Translations under genes and position numbers: made by a program
DNA from: Raillietiella orientalis
Taxonomy: Eukaryota
DNA: 64,000 nt
Direction of reading: 5' to 3'
NCBI GenBank assembly: GCA_036172245.1
Contig: JAYWIR010000049.1
Coordinates: 310,001 to 374,000 of the forward strand
Part shown: in pieces, positions 12,822 to 26,199 of the stretch
Position numbering within the stretch: position 1 is the stretch's first letter
Layout of the letters: each line of letters begins with the position of its first letter
Notes under the pieces: model-generated
Told to the model about the DNA's origin: nothing
The model's database searches: none
What the model saw: the letters and a program-made list of their open reading frames with translations, nothing else

Positions 12822-13298
12822 CGTCTGGGTCGGCGCCGCCGGAAGAAAACCGGAGAAAGCTGTTCCGGAAACGGAAATGGAACCTCCAAAAGAAAAGGCA
12901 GGCATCAAGCGAAACCCGTGGCGAGGCAGTTCGAGTCCTTATGCAAGGAGCAGTTCTCTCACTTCGGCACCCAATCGGGTCCTTTAGAAGGAAGACGTGA
13001 GGCACAGATGGAAAAAGTTTCTTCTTCTTCTGAGATAGAAGCTTCAGATTTTCCAGCTAAGCCTGTGGAGAAGAATAGAGCCAGGAAGCTGATTCTCAAG
13101 TAGCGCACTTTCTGTGCTTCACTTTTTTCTTCGAAAGAAGTCGATTCGGTGCGGAGGCAAGACAACTGGTTCTTTCATTAAAATTCGGCCTGCCTCGCCA
13201 TGGGTTTTGCCTGATGCCCGTCTTTTCTTTTAGAGCTTCTATTTCCGTTTCCGGAATAGCTTTCTTCCGGCTCTCTTCCGGCGAAGCCAACCCAGACG
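12822..13298. repeat. Imperfect inverted repeat (arms ~12822-12929 and ~13190-13298, extendable inward)
   Basis: cgtctgggtcggcgccgccggaagaaaacc...cccgtggcgaggcag versus the reverse complement of 13190-13298, roughly 85% identity by eye. Confidence 0.85.
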
Positions 13299-13376
13299 CT
13301 AGGACTTCTGTAAAGGAACCTGATGAGATTGTTTACTGTAGAGTGAGCCCAGAAGAACTTCGTCTGCCCCAAAAAC

Positions 13377-14293
13377 TCCTACGCAACCTGCTGGTAGATC
13401 TCCTCTAGGAATGAACACAGTGGTCTCGGATAGTCATCACACCTCTTGCCGCAGAACTGTCTGCCCTCAAGGCAAACGATGACGGAAGCCAACCAGCGGG
13501 GTGTGAAATCTCCTGGCAAGCTGCAGGAGTCGAGAAACTCCTCAACGGTTGCGGGACGAGCGAGCTGGTGGACGGCGCTACTCCTCACTTCCAAGAGAAT
13601 GAACTCCTTTGGTGAAGTAACCTGCCCGGCGTGGCTCCTCGAAGAACTCGTGGTCCCTCCCCTGCTTGCAAGCACTACGATGATGCCTCTACCGTGCAAA
13701 TAAGAAGTTCTGCTGCTTCCGGTGAAACCAGCTTAGACACCTGATTTCCGAGGTTTTCCTTAAACTGCTTAATATGTGGGCGAAGGAAACGTTTCTGTAT
13801 CTGCTGCTGGACTGCAGTACCCTCCAGGAACTTTAGAAGAGGCTGGTTTCAGCACTCGGGCATTCAGAGGACACTGCCAAGGACTTGCTGAGGCGGGATG
13901 ACGACGGGCTCTGCGATCGCAACCGTCTGCTGCATCCGCTTCATGGTGGCAGTCTTCCAGGTGTTGAAGTCCTGTACGCAGCGAAGGGAGGCCATCAACA
14001 AGGCAGTCGCCTTCACGAGGATGACTGCAAGGTGGCCTCACCTGCCAGAAATCATCAGTGGAATCGGCACCATACGCAACCGCTTCTAGGAAGAGAGGAA
14101 CGGATGGAACCAAAGACCCCTGTCTCTATCGTCCTATCTTCTTTTATTCACTTAATGCCCCTTCCTTTGTTCCCTACTTTTAAAAAAGCAGGCCTGCGTG
14201 CCAGTGGTCATCCTTGATGAGGTTCTCTCTTTTTTTCCATGTTTTGCATTCAGGGGACGCTGCTACCCTCTGACTTGTGCTTTATTTTTTTAA
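13377..14293 (+). mobile_element. Decayed LINE ORF2 3' region + 3' UTR, inverted near-identical copy at 58093-59005
   Basis: C-terminal AIATVCCIRFMVAV...REAINKAVAFTRM matches the family tail. ORF-track peptides are near-identical to those at 58270-59004. Confidence 0.8.
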
Positions 14294-14599
14294 ATTAACG
14301 ACCCATCATGACCGGATAGAAATTCAGATCACTGACTCAGTGCCCTCGCCGGGAGGAACAAGACCAAGCTCGATTTTGGAATGATCAGATAAAGTTCTCG
14401 TCGTCCTCGATCCTCAAACAGCAGGGATCATCAGGGAAGTCGCGCCCAATGGAGTCGGATATCTCGGGCTTCTCTACCATCTGGTTGGCGGTGTGCATAG
14501 CCGCACACCTCACAGCGGCTCTCAAGCTCGGGCCGAAGAACTCGACTTGTTCTATGAACAGGCAAACGCTAGAGTTTTTCATGACGGAACGTTTGCTTT

Positions 14600-15450
14600 A
14601 CAGAAATGAACGAGCTGGAACACGCTGGCTTACTAACTGGAGACAAAAGAAGTTTAAGGGGAAAGTCCACTGACATGCAGGTCGGGACATTCAAAAGTCC
14701 TGAACTGGAAGGGGAGGGGGAACAACAGCACAAAAAAATGGGATATCCGGTGGAATAGCCAGGGATCTTCGGGTTTTCTCCGTTTGCACCCGGACTAGAA
14801 CAAAAAAAAAAACCTGGAGAAGTTACGGAACAAAAGGAAGTGGGGAATGAGAGAAAAAAACAAAAAGTTAAGGGAGACAGGGGCAAGGGTCACTGGTGTC
14901 CGCAGTTCCGCCCTTTAAAACCGTCTCTGGATGTCAGCAATCTTCTCCTTCACTTCTTGGAGGTGAGGTCACCTTGCAACTGTCCTCATTTAGGGGCTGC
15001 CATCCCTGTGACCTTCTTTCGCTGCTCCCTCGTCTCCAGCATATGATGGACCGTGACTATGGCGCAGATGCAACTCACAATTGCGATCGCGGCGCTCGTC
15101 GAGAGTGCTCCCGAGTCGAAGATCAGGAGGAGCTAAGAACCGTTGCAGCAGCTCACAGGTGATGTCCTGGTACAGGAACGCTGATGTTAGCTTCGACCCC
15201 ACTTCCTGGAGGGCACCTCAGTCAAAAAGCGGGTATTGCGGGGTGTACTCTGTCAACCCGCCCCTGGCGTGGTTTGCGGGTGCCATGCTTGCGGAAACGA
15301 GGGTGCTAGCACTCATCGCAATGAAATTCCCAGTGGGGAAAAAGCAGCACGGCCTGTTTCTAGCTGAGCAGGAACACAGGAGTGTCCAGGAATTGGGCAG
15401 AGACCGCAATTTCCTTGGGGGCGAAATAAAAGACTCCTGATATAAGGTTC
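14600..15450 (-). mobile_element. Decayed LINE ORF2 3' end + 3' UTR
   Basis: KQAVLLFPHWEFHC (zf-RVT-like) and AIAIVSCICAIV tail, followed by a T-rich UTR on the minus strand. Confidence 0.6.
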
Positions 15451-16199
15451 GGCGCAGCGGATGGCGTCTCGCTCCAAACTCTCGAGAAAGTTTGCCCTGT
15501 TTCCATGAAGCTAGGAGTCGAAGGACTCGTAGACGTTTGTTGCGTCGAGACCGATCCGGTCAGATCGCTGCAGCACGTGCCGTTCTATCCCACCGACCTA
15601 GGCAAGGAGAGTTGACTTTAGGGAGAGTTGACTCACACGCGAGGAAGGATCTACAACACGAGCGGGAGAGATTTCGCATACCTGCAACAAGGCAGATACG
15701 CTCGTCATCTGATGTAGGGAGTACTCGATAACCCACGAAATACCTGTGGGAATCGCCTACACCCGTTGCTCCAGTTCTGCTCTCCTTGAGGGAAGCGAGG
15801 GACAATCCCCATCTGGTATGGTGGGCAGTCACCTACCACACTGCAACAGAAAAGAACAAAAACTTCAGGGTGCGGCGCTGTCACCTGGTCGCTCTGGGGC
15901 GTCTCTTCTTTTACAGAATGGAAAAAACGAGAAGAAAAGAAACGGACAGGAATCGGTGAGACTGGCGTCCCGCTTCTTTCCTGCCGGCGGGCTCCTCTGC
16001 GTAGCTACGCAAGTGTTTCTACCTCGTGGTGATCCAGAGAAACCCGATGGCGAAGAGAATAGTGGCTCCTCTGTCTCACCGTCCTCTCTTGGCGTCGTTT
16101 CTGGAGACGAAGGCTCCTCTGCAACGGAGGCAGCTGGCGGCCGGACACTTCGCATGAAGAGTTATCACAGGATGTTCACTGGATGGTCGACTGGAGTGG

Positions 16200-16960
16200 A
16201 CATTCGAAATTGCGAGTTCGCAAATGGTCCGAGAAATCACGGACTCTGCGACCCCGAGTGTCCCACCGACAGGGCCCTTGCTTCAGGGCGAGCTGCTCAG
16301 AATTTCTCCAGAGGTGGCCCCAGAGGTCTGAAACGATCACACACTCTCCTTCTCGAGTGGCAGGGGTGGCTCCACCGACCCCCTATTAGGGGATCCCATG
16401 CAAAGTGCGTCCTCATCATCAGACCAGGAGAGGGTGGGTGAAGATTGCGGCAGGTGATCTTTGAGGAAGAGGGTGATCTTTCCGTGCCCGCTCATGGACT
16501 GTGGTACTGTCCGATCCCTTTGGGATCGTATAAAGAGGGCTCTTCGGAACCTGGTGAGCGGCTCAGGGGCATTTTGAAACGTCTCTCCACACGTGCCTCT
16601 GCCTCCAGCCGCGTTTTTCGCAGTCATCTACTGTCTTTGCGGGATCATGGCAGTCTGGAACACCACAAGAAGAGGTTAGGATGAAAGAAAAGCCATCCAC
16701 TGGTCGAGAATCATCTTGAGGAACGCCACGAGATGGACCCACCCAGGCAGCATTTGGAGAAAACTTGACGGCATCCTGGAAATGAAGCGGAAGGTGACTA
16801 GCAGAGAGAGAGATTTCTTCCCAAAGCCCCTCATTTCTCCAAGAAAAGCATCTGTACCCCCTTTTTTTTAATATTTGACTTATTTTTTCCTTTCTGTTTC
16901 TCCCCCTTCCCTCCGCTGTCGAGGCGTACCTAGCCAGTCTGCATACCACCAACTCGGCAG
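16200..16960 (+). mobile_element. Decayed LINE ORF2 3' end + 3' UTR
   Basis: LLEWQGWLH remnant, LDGILE terminus at ~16765, T-rich tract, then ccctccgctgtcgagg...gccagtctgc box. Confidence 0.65.
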
Positions 16961-17004
16961 GTGTCGTATTTGCTGGGACGTAGTGCGACGAAGAGTTCCA
17001 CACG

Positions 17005-19152
17005 AAAACTCGCAGTCGATCTGCACGAGGCATTCGACTGCGCCGACCAGAATCATCTTCTGGAGCTCCTAGACCACTTGGGTTTCCGGACCGCATTGCC
17101 GGTCTATCTGCACTCCAGCTAGCGCTAAGCGCCCATCAATGTCTCCCAGTAGGCAGACTGTGCACGGCGCATCAACGCGACGCGGGATACGGCAGGGCAG
17201 CAGTGCGAGCCCCCTGCTCTTCAGGACTGTTTCGAATTAGTGCTAAGAGCGTGCAAGGAGACACTCACTCACCTACAGCGCGAATGCTCCGGTACGCCTG
17301 CCGTGTCGGCGTATGCCGACGATCTTCTCCTGCTGATCTCCATATCCACCCCAGCTTCTGCACTCGAGGACTTCGAGCTGCTCAGTTGCGAGAATGAACT
17401 TATGCTGAACAGGACGAAATCGCTGGTGGTGGCCCTTGATGCAACATGGGCTAGACGGCCTGACTCGATCCGCCCGGGAATCCCCAAGGGCGGGTGTTTG
17501 AGGTACCTTGGCGTTCCGCTGGGAGACTTCTGCTCTGAAGAAGTTTGGTCCGGCCGTGATCAGAAGGCAGAGCCGGAGCCCAACCCGTTCCAAGGAGGCA
17601 GGTACCACTTGCCGAAATTGACCACGCGTGGAGCACTTACGTGGTCCCCCTCCTTCATACCCTGCTTTTTGTTTGCCTCTTATTGGAGAGAATCAGGATG
17701 AGGACAAAGGACCTCCTGAGCATTGCCCTTCGGGGCAACGAGAGGACTTTCCGCATCAGGACGAAGGCCTCGGCTTCCTGAGACTGGAGCAAATAAAGCT
17801 GCAGCAGATCCAACTTCGGACCCTCATCCTCCTGGCAAATATGTGGAGCACCACTTGGTGCGACCCTAGTCCAGCAGGCCACTGGCATCGTGGGACTCGC
17901 ATCCTTCCTTGCACGTCGTCGACGCAGTCTCATCCCCTGCGGACTGCACCTTCTGCAGGTGGCCAGGATGGCGAGGAAAAACGGATAGATTACTTGCCGC
18001 TCAGAGAACGACAGTGCCTGCTTTCAGGAAACGGTGCGCACGTGGGTGAAGCACAACCAGTCATGCCCAGAACAAGCCCAGCGCTTGCTGTACGGACCAC
18101 ACAGCAACTGCTCACTTCGAGAGATCCTTAAACATTCCAGAAAGAGTAAGTGAGCAGGAAGAATCTCCCTTTCTGCAGAGCTGCCCTTGCTGAGGGAGCA
18201 TATGGGCAGCAGTCTTGTGGCTAGATGAGAGGCTAGTGTGCAAATCTCCGTAAGGAGAAGAGGACTGTGTGAGTGAAAGATGTTCCAGCTCACGGAAACT
18301 GCTACTCCGAGTGCCCCAACCCGAGGACTTTTGCGGTGGACTGAACTACTGGTTATTCCGAAGAAAGATCTGCTGCGGCCCCAAGTCCTCTTAGACATCC
18401 AGACTCCCCCCTCGAAGTGGCAGGAGTCGGCGTTAATGCTGCTGCACTGAGGCCTCCCGTGCAGTGTCTGCTGACATCACTGGACACATTGGAGGGAGTG
18501 CACCCGAGCTGTGGCAGGTACGGAGAGCGGGAATCTCTCCTGCACCTGCTAGAGGACTGTGCTGCCCTCCGGCCTCTGTGAGAACGCCTTGCCGCGACTC
18601 TGGGAACCCCCAGTGGCAACTCCAAGGACTCTGTATGACCACTCGTCCTATCCAACGCTCTTTGGCCGGCAGCCTCGCAAGTAGCTCTTTGCTACCTACA
18701 CGAGGCTGTAGCTGCCTGGATCGACTCAAGATGACGGAGCGAGAGGGATGCCATCCACTTTGCCGACCTCTCCATAAAGATGGCATCAAGATGACCCCAC
18801 CTGGAAAGCAGCATCTAGCCAAGAGCTTGCCTGAATCCTCCAAAGGATGCTGAGGATCATGAGGACGTGATGCTTTCCCACATACCCGTGAAGCTTCTTT
18901 CTTTCTTTCTTTTTGTTTCCTTTTCTGTTTGTTTGTCCCCACCCCTCTGTTGTCTAGAACCTCGCCGTTCTGCGTGCCGGCAACTGGGTTGGCTCCTTCA
19001 GAAATGGAAGTGGTTGGACCACCGGTTCAACCACACGGATTGCAAATGTTTATTTACTTTATAGAATAAGTGTCCTGGCCTACCGGAGTTAAAAAACACA
19101 AAGGCTTGTAATTTTGTTGTTTTAATAATAAATATCCTGGGCAGAACCGGGT
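17005..19152 (+). mobile_element. Decayed L1/Tx1-like LINE ORF2: RT core to zf-RVT, 3' UTR and terminal hairpin
   Basis: In order, with frameshifts and stops: LAVDLHEAFDCADQNHLLELLDHLGF; RGIRQGSSASPLLF; SAYADDLLLL (17312); LMLNRTKS; LRYLGVPLG; PHQDEGLG; SKWQESALMLLH.GLPC; HLLEDCAAL. Confidence 0.9.
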
Positions 19153-19299
19153 GGAAAGCCTCGTCAAAGCAAACGGGTTGTATCGAGCACCAAATCTGCA
19201 ATTTGTGGAGTGGATGTGACTCCGGTAAGTGACCCCACAGGTGTGTGCAGGGTCGCATTTCGCCTCAGGGGTTTCTCCTGATAACCCCTAAGACCTCGC

Positions 19300-20300
19300 C
19301 AGTCACCTGTGCGATTGTCCCGCTTCTTACAGAAGCAATAGATCGAAGCTTCTCGAGTCTTTCCGCAGGCCGCTGATGTACCACGTAGCCATGCAGGTCG
19401 TCGGCAGAGAAGCCCACCCTCTCCTTATCGCAACTTGGGAGGTGCCGTTTTTTTTCCTCGCCTTTCTACATGGCAAGAAAAGACTACCGGCCCTCTTGCA
19501 GAGCTGACTTTGTCGCTCTTGGCGACCATTCATTTTTCTGGGGCCTCCGCTTCCTCGTCCTCCAAAAGAGTCAGGAAGGTGGGCTGCGCAAGTTTCCTCC
19601 AGGGATGCACCGTAGATTTTTACCCTTCCCCGCATTCTCCTCGCAGTGGACCGCTTCCTTCATGGGAGTGCTGGAACGTAAGTCATCACAGGCGGGCCCA
19701 CTTGATTTGCTTGCACTGTCGTGGGAGGAGGGGACTTTCGACCTTAAACGTCGCCGTTTGAGGCTCCCGGGATGATTTTTCGGGAAGGTTCCGCATACCT
19801 TGGGAAGCTCCAGCTCTGAGGGAATCGAGCGCAGGTGAAGCGGTCACTGTTGCCCACCTATTATCCCTTGCACGCTTTCAGCCCTGGTGATGAGCCAGGG
19901 GTTCTCTTTCTGTCGCGAGCGGCGTAATTTCATCCGTGGTATTTTTGGACGGCTTCCGGCTTTCTTCTTGCAGTGCTCTCGCCTTTTCCTCCTTGGCCGG
20001 CTGCGCTTCCTGCGCGTCGTCCGTCCCCAGGGATGCGCCGCCGCTTCCGGTCCGTTGCTTCCTCCGGTGCGTGGAACTGCCTGCAGGAAGCAACCTGTTC
20101 CACCCCTGTGTTTCCTTGGAAGGCTGTACTTTCTGCGCACCCTTTCCGTTTGCGATAACTTGGCACGTGCCCCAGCTAATTTCGGAGGATGCACATGATG
20201 CCCGAGGACCTTCTTAGTCATAGCACAGCGGGTTATTTCACTGACAAGGGAACACAGCTGGAATTCACTGCTGCCCAGTGAACGGTGGCGCCGCTTGCAG
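19300..20300 (-). mobile_element. LINE ORF1 remnant and start of ORF2 AP-endonuclease
   Basis: CMATWYISGLRKDSR at ~19360-19400 resembles the APE start motif (I/L)xTWN(I/V)xGL. The upstream region is basic and low-complexity like ORF1. Confidence 0.55.
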
Positions 20301-20449
20301 GTAACAATACTCACATGGGCGAAGAGATAACAGCCGTGTCCAATGTTATCTCAGCGCCTGCGCTGCCCACCCTACAACGACGTCTCGCTCCGGGTTATCG
20401 TTCATCCCATCAGGAGAGCGTGGGAAGAGCGAACCCACCTTGCTGTAGC

Positions 20450-21368
20450 ACCGCCTTCTCTGAGGGAGCAGATTGGCAGCAATCAATCTGCCGGCAAGAT
20501 GGCAAGTCGTTTGCAAAGTGGGCTGCAGAAGGAAAGCGTCAGATGCGTACACCACGAGTTAGCTGACTGATGTTGTGTTTCCCGAATGCCCCACCTTGAG
20601 AACTTTCGCCCTGGGAAGAAACTGCTGAGAATTTTCCGAGAAGACTCCGAGTGTCCCCCAGTGCACCGGAACATTCACACTTTCCCATTTACGTGGCAGG
20701 ATTCGACGCTTCTGCTGCTGCACTGAAGTCCCTTAAGTAACTCCTGCTGTTATCATTGGACCTGGAGAATGAGTCTAAACTGTGGCACGCGTGGAGAACA
20801 AGAATCTCTTGCGCACCTGCTTATGGATTGTGGTGCTCTCCAGCCCCTTGGGAACGTTTTTCCATGACCCTTGCGATCCCGCGGCGACAACCCCAGAGAC
20901 GTTTGAGACTCTTCTTTGTACGGAAGCATTACCGCCAGTCGCATCCTTAGCATCTCTCTGCTGCCTTATGAGGGATTGTGACTTTCTGGAGCGCTGTTCG
21001 GAGAGGCGAGAACTACAGGAACGCCATCCATTTTGCAGTTTGCTTATTGAGGATAGCATCGGGGTTCCCCTATCTGGGAAGTTTGTAGTCTTAACTTGCT
21101 GGCATCCCTGGAAAGACGCAGAGGACATCCCTGAGTAGACAAGAATTCCTTCCTGAACTTTCCAGAGTGTTTTTCTATTTACTTAATATTTACTTTTGTT
21201 TTCTTTTTGTTTGCACTCCTCCTTTCTGCTGTCGAGGCGGTCCTCGCCAGTCTGAGTAATGGATTCTAGACAGGTTCTTTAATCCGCGGGCGTGGCGGGA
21301 GCAACAGTCTCACCACTGAATTTGTATGTTCATTAAAAACAGCAAACGCCGTGGCGCAACTGGGTGAG
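20450..21368 (+). mobile_element. Decayed LINE ORF2 3' end + 3' UTR
   Basis: LLCTEALPPVASLASLCCL tail, ggcatccctggaaag terminus, T-rich tract, terminal AAACGCCGTGGCGCAACTGGGTG. Confidence 0.7.
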
Positions 21369-22399
21369 ATTGGGCATTCTTTCTTTGGATGTCGTGTGGT
21401 CTTGGAGAAATCACAAAGCTTGGGCCTGCCCAAATACCTCATGTCGACGATTTCGCCGTCAATGTAAGGGGTCCTTGTGAGGTGGCCAACGAGCTACTCT
21501 TTACGTTTACCTGCGCCACGGTCAGCCCGCTGAACAGGTTTTGAAGGACCAGCATTGCACTGTTTGGCACCGTGCTATGTGCTACGCGGCGTCCAACTTT
21601 GGACGCATCGGCAGTGGCCCTCCCTCAGCTGAATCACCATCAACTTGTCCCACGGGGTAGGGAATATCTTCCTCTCGTTCACACACAAACATGGACCACT
21701 TTAGTAGGCGGTGGACCGACGCCTACATCCGCGCAGCTTAGCTGCGTCTTTTTGCTCCATCAACCATTGCCGGCGTCTTGAAGTCGTCCAGGGGCACTGC
21801 GAGTCGTCGAGGTCCCCCTACGAGCTCCATGCATGCAAGTTTAGTCATTCCGACCTGCCTTATTCCTAAGAGTGGGCAACATTGCCCTGGTCTTCAAGTG
21901 AATCTCCTCACCAAGGTTCCCGACGCGGCTTTCGCTCCAGGAAGACCGCCTCCCGCAACGATGTCCAGTTCAAGGGATCTGGCTTTATTTGACGGGAGAA
22001 ATCCATCATATCGCTTACCAGAGATATGGGGGATTCCTCTGTCAATCTCCCAAGACACACGCTGGATATCAGCAGCCGCCACCAATGAGCAGTCGCTGCA
22101 TGAACTTAGCGACAAAAAAAAAGAAAGAAAAATCCAAGTTATCTGGAACGCTTGTCCTCACAGTTCCGGAGTGACTTAGTGAAGGCAAAACCCAGACGGG
22201 TCACGACACCGACACCAAGCTGAAAGAGAAGTGCTGCACCACGGTGGAGGGGAGAATCGCTGAGTATTGCTGAAGGGGTTAGGGTCAACTCCCTGTGCGA
22301 ATATGGGCTACGTCTCCTCTTCCAAGAGGAAGAGGAGGCGCTGCCGACATTCTCACGTTCCTGCGTGTTGCGAAGGTCTCGTCGGAAGAGGTTATTCTC

Positions 22400-23320
22400 A
22401 GCTGCTTGCGCAAATTACGGATGCCTCGATGTTCGGTAACGCGAGTTCATGGACAGATGGATGGGTGAGCCTATTTTCAGGAGGGGTGCAGTAAAACCGA
22501 ATGGCGTACGTTCGGTTCTCTTCACTCAGGAATCTCAGCAAATCCACAGGTCCAAAAATCCACAGGTACAAACATCTCTTCAAAGCACCGGGGTTTCCGG
22601 GACAACCGGCGTGGGCATCTTCTCTCCAGAGGCGAGGCGTCCTCGAGCTGTGCCGGGTGCAGGTCGGTGAAATCAATCCTGCACTTGCCTTTCGACCAGG
22701 GCTTACTCCGCGAACTGTGGCAGAGGCTGAGTTAGGCGCTTCGGCGACACGAGAACACTGCCTGTGACCTGCTGCGAAGGTTTGCTAGCGCGCATGGCGG
22801 ACTTGCGGCCGATACAGCGATCGTGACGGTGCGCAGCGTCCGCGTCGAAGTCTCGGTCCGCCACGTCTTGGAGAAAACAGGGAAGCAACCCTCACGGCAG
22901 CCGCCTACACGGTGAGCACGGCTGCCAGGTGGCCTCATGGCCTCACCTGGAAGAGGAAGTGAGGATGGAGATCGCTGGCATGAAGCGCTGGTCCTAGGAG
23001 AAACGAATAGCCGACACCGGTAATCCTTGTCCCACCCACCCATTTTATTTTATTTTCTCTTTTATTCCCCCTTTCTGTTAACTCTGAGACGTTTTCGGTT
23101 TTCCAATTCTCGGGAAGGAGGGATGCCAGACACACTTATCTGGGTCCTCTTGAGTTCCCATATTTATTTGTTGTCTCTTCCCTCCCATTCCGGACTCTAA
23201 GAGGGATTCCTACCTGATTGTCGATAAACCTTCTCCTTGATCTCCTGTTTTCGGCTGGGAATCAGTACGTTCCCCTCTGGTTTCTTTCCATGTAATAAAC
23301 GCCCCGGCATGACCGGGTGG
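22400..23320 (+). mobile_element. Decayed LINE 3' end + 3' UTR with terminal hairpin
   Basis: T-rich UTR from 23040, ending AATAAACGCCCCGGCATGACCGGGTG (23294-23319). Confidence 0.65.
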
Positions 23321-23499
23321 TGAACTTTGCACTGTAAGTGCACAAGAGCCGTCCGCCTAGAGGACCACGAGGCTCTTCAACACTGCCTGAGGGTGCATGT
23401 AACTACAATTCGGGGGGTAATCTCGAGATAACCCTGCAGCCACCCTAAGAATTCAGAAAGACTCGGAAGGGAGGAGTCGGTTCATCAGGAAACCAGCAA

Positions 23500-23870
23500 G
23501 AAACTCTAGCCCTGGTCGCCCCCACAGGGAATCCCGAAAGGAACCTCTTCCTTATTCTCTCCGTAGAAACCCTCCGGGGGAACACGCAAGGGAACCGCTC
23601 CGTTTTCTCCTAAGAGAAGGAAACCCCGAAGGGAGCAGCGCGCTTCTGACACTCTCGAGAGGCAACCTCCTAGGGAAGTATCAACCAGCTCCATAGTAAC
23701 GGTTCCATCTCCGCAATCAAAGGAGAACCGTGAAGAGCTCCTTGATTCCTTGAAGGAACCCAATCCCAACTGGTCAACAAGGGATTCTGGCTTCCACTAG
23801 TTCTGCAGTCGAATAGATCAATCAGCGTTATCTTGCGGGGGGAGGATCTGTCCCTCTTCGGAAGAGCACT
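23500..23870 (-). mobile_element. Internal fragment of the tRNA-headed 5' module
   Basis: Shares cccgcaagat, ccttc.aggaatcaagga, atggagctggttgat and gagcggttcccttgcg blocks with 61780-62010 and 40870-40900. Confidence 0.7.
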
Positions 23871-23899
23871 GGCCTGGCGCAATGGCAGTCCATAGTCAC

Positions 23900-24150
23900 C
23901 ACCTGTGATCAAAGGCCTCCTGATTTGTCAAAATCGCAATAGCTGGAGGCCTCTCGAATCGCGAAATGCACACGCGACCTCCTCAATGCCAGGAATCACT
24001 GGGTCTTTTCATCAAGGTCGCGTCGCCAGAACAAGGCTTCAGAGATGCCACTCGTTTTAAAAGCAGCATTGCCTTCCCTAAGGAGCAGATCCACTGCTCC
24101 CTCGGAGTGGTTTCTGTTCCGTGACAGTCGGAGCAAAAACAATTTCATTT
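23900..24150 (+). mobile_element. LINE pre-RT fragment
   Basis: NRNSWRPL resembles the conserved NWRPISL motif upstream of the RT core. Confidence 0.4.
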
Positions 24151-24749
24151 GCCTTCCCCCGAGTGTCGACGAATGACCGGGTGTGAGACGAGTCACGTGG
24201 AGCTGTTACTCTCTCGCCAAAGCCAGCTGTTCCCGAGCTTTTCCCGTTTGCTGAGGGGAGCTCGGCACGTCGGCAAGGAGGACAAGAAGTCGATTCGGCG
24301 GGATAGGATTTTCCCGGAGGTTTTAAATGGTCATATCAAGATCACGCTTCGCGGGGGCAATTTCCGGGGATTTATGGCGGTATAAGTATCGCAAGTCGTG
24401 CATATCAAAAGCGAAGATTCACTTCTGTTCACTTCATTGTGTAACATTCAAATATGCAGCAAAGACCGCGTGGATCAGAATCGAGCATTTTTCATCCGAC
24501 TGTAATTCCAGATGAGAGAACTCCATCAGCAATTGACTTCGTCCACAGAGCAGGGTCCCTGCACGCGGCACTGGAAACCCAGTTTCCCTTTCGCAGAACC
24601 TGTCTCGGTCCGGCACAACGCCACGGAGAAGAGAACGACAGACCTCTGCCCTCCGGCGATAGTTCAGAGAAGAGGAAATGAGATGGCGTCGCCGAGGAGT
24701 CCGCCCTCTCTTTCAGTCTCTTTTTTTGGGATGGGCTCGAGTCGACAGA

Positions 24750-25995
24750 ATCGCTGCCACACCCGTTCCTGGATTGCAGTGCTCTCGAGGAGGTTTGACG
24801 CAGGCTGGCTTCAGCACTCTTTGCGCGCTGAGGACACTGCCGAAGACCTGCCACAGCCATTCTTCGCGAAGAGTCTCAACGGGCTTTGTGATTGAGACGA
24901 CATGTTTCTTGCACACGCACCATCAAGACAACCCGCTATTTGCTGAAGCGTCATACGCAACGAAGGGAGGCTGAGAACTGGGCGGCTACTCTGGAATTCG
25001 CTCCAGAGGTTCTTCGTCCTCTGCAACCTGTTCGGAGAAGTAGCACAGGACAGGATAAAGTTGTCCCGGATAGCTGCCACACCCCTTGCCGCAGCGCCGG
25101 CTGCCCTCAGGACAAGCATCGGCAGTCGCTAGCCGACGAAGTGGAGGTTCTTCCGTACCGTTGCCAGGTACGACCAGACTCAACCTCCCAGGAGGCTGGA
25201 AGACGAGCAAGCTGATGGACGCCGCCACTCCTACGCTCTCCCGGTCGAGGGAACTCCTTTGTAGGTTCGGGACTGTCGAGTGTTTGCCCTCCAAAGAGCT
25301 AGTAGACCCCCTTCTGTGTTGGAACACCTCGGTGTTCCCCTTATAGTGGGAGCACGGATTGCTTCTCCTCCTGCACTGGGATCTCCAGGGCAACCAGCGT
25401 AGGCTCCCGGTTTCCAAGGGGATGCGTCTCCGAACAGCTTCAGGTGCGGATTAGACCGTTCCCTCACCTGCTGTTGGACTCACCGTGGCGCCTTTCAGGA
25501 ACTTTGACGGAGGCTGGTCTCAGAGTTCCTGCACCTTGAGGATACTACCATGGACTAGCTGAGGAGACTCTTCGCTAGAAGAGGAGTCACTAGAGGCTCT
25601 GTGACCTCGACGACATGTTTGTTGCGTCCTTGCACCATCGTAACAGCCAGCCATCCGTTGGAGTTTCGGAAGCAGCGAAGGGATGTCGTCTGCGCGGCCG
25701 CCTCCCACATGAGGAAGGCCTCCAGGTGGCCTTAGCTGGAAGAAGTTAGGTTGCCGGCATTCTGCGCAGTTCCTGAGCGTCCCTGAGCTTCCGATGACAA
25801 GGACCCTCTCTCTCATGCTCTCATTTCCCCCTTTATGTATTTATTGTTTTTTTCCTTTTGCTACGGACTGCTCCAGAAAACGATCTGCATGTTCGAAACT
25901 CCCCACCAAATGAATTTTTTTCTTCCGTTTCGGAATCTGAGCGGCCAACTGATCCGCTTATCTGTCACGAGGTAGCGCCCCGGCATCACCGGGCA
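24750..25995 (+). mobile_element. Decayed LINE ORF2 3' region + 3' UTR
   Basis: WEHGLLLLLHWDLQGNQRR (zf-RVT-like), terminal GCGCCCCGGCATCACCGGGC at ~25975. Confidence 0.7.
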
Positions 25996-26199
25996 TATTC
26001 GACTAGATGGAGCAGTCTCAACTTTTTTGCGAGACGAAAAAGGATATGCGGGCCCTCAGAGCTGGAAAAGCATGACCTCAAAGGGAAATTTCTCACTGTT
26101 GTTCCTGGATGTAGTTCACCTTGGGCTGAATAAAAGAATCGCAGTCGACACAGCCGCAGTCCGAAGATCGCCGCGATTATCTGGAAGCTGCGCTCAAAA

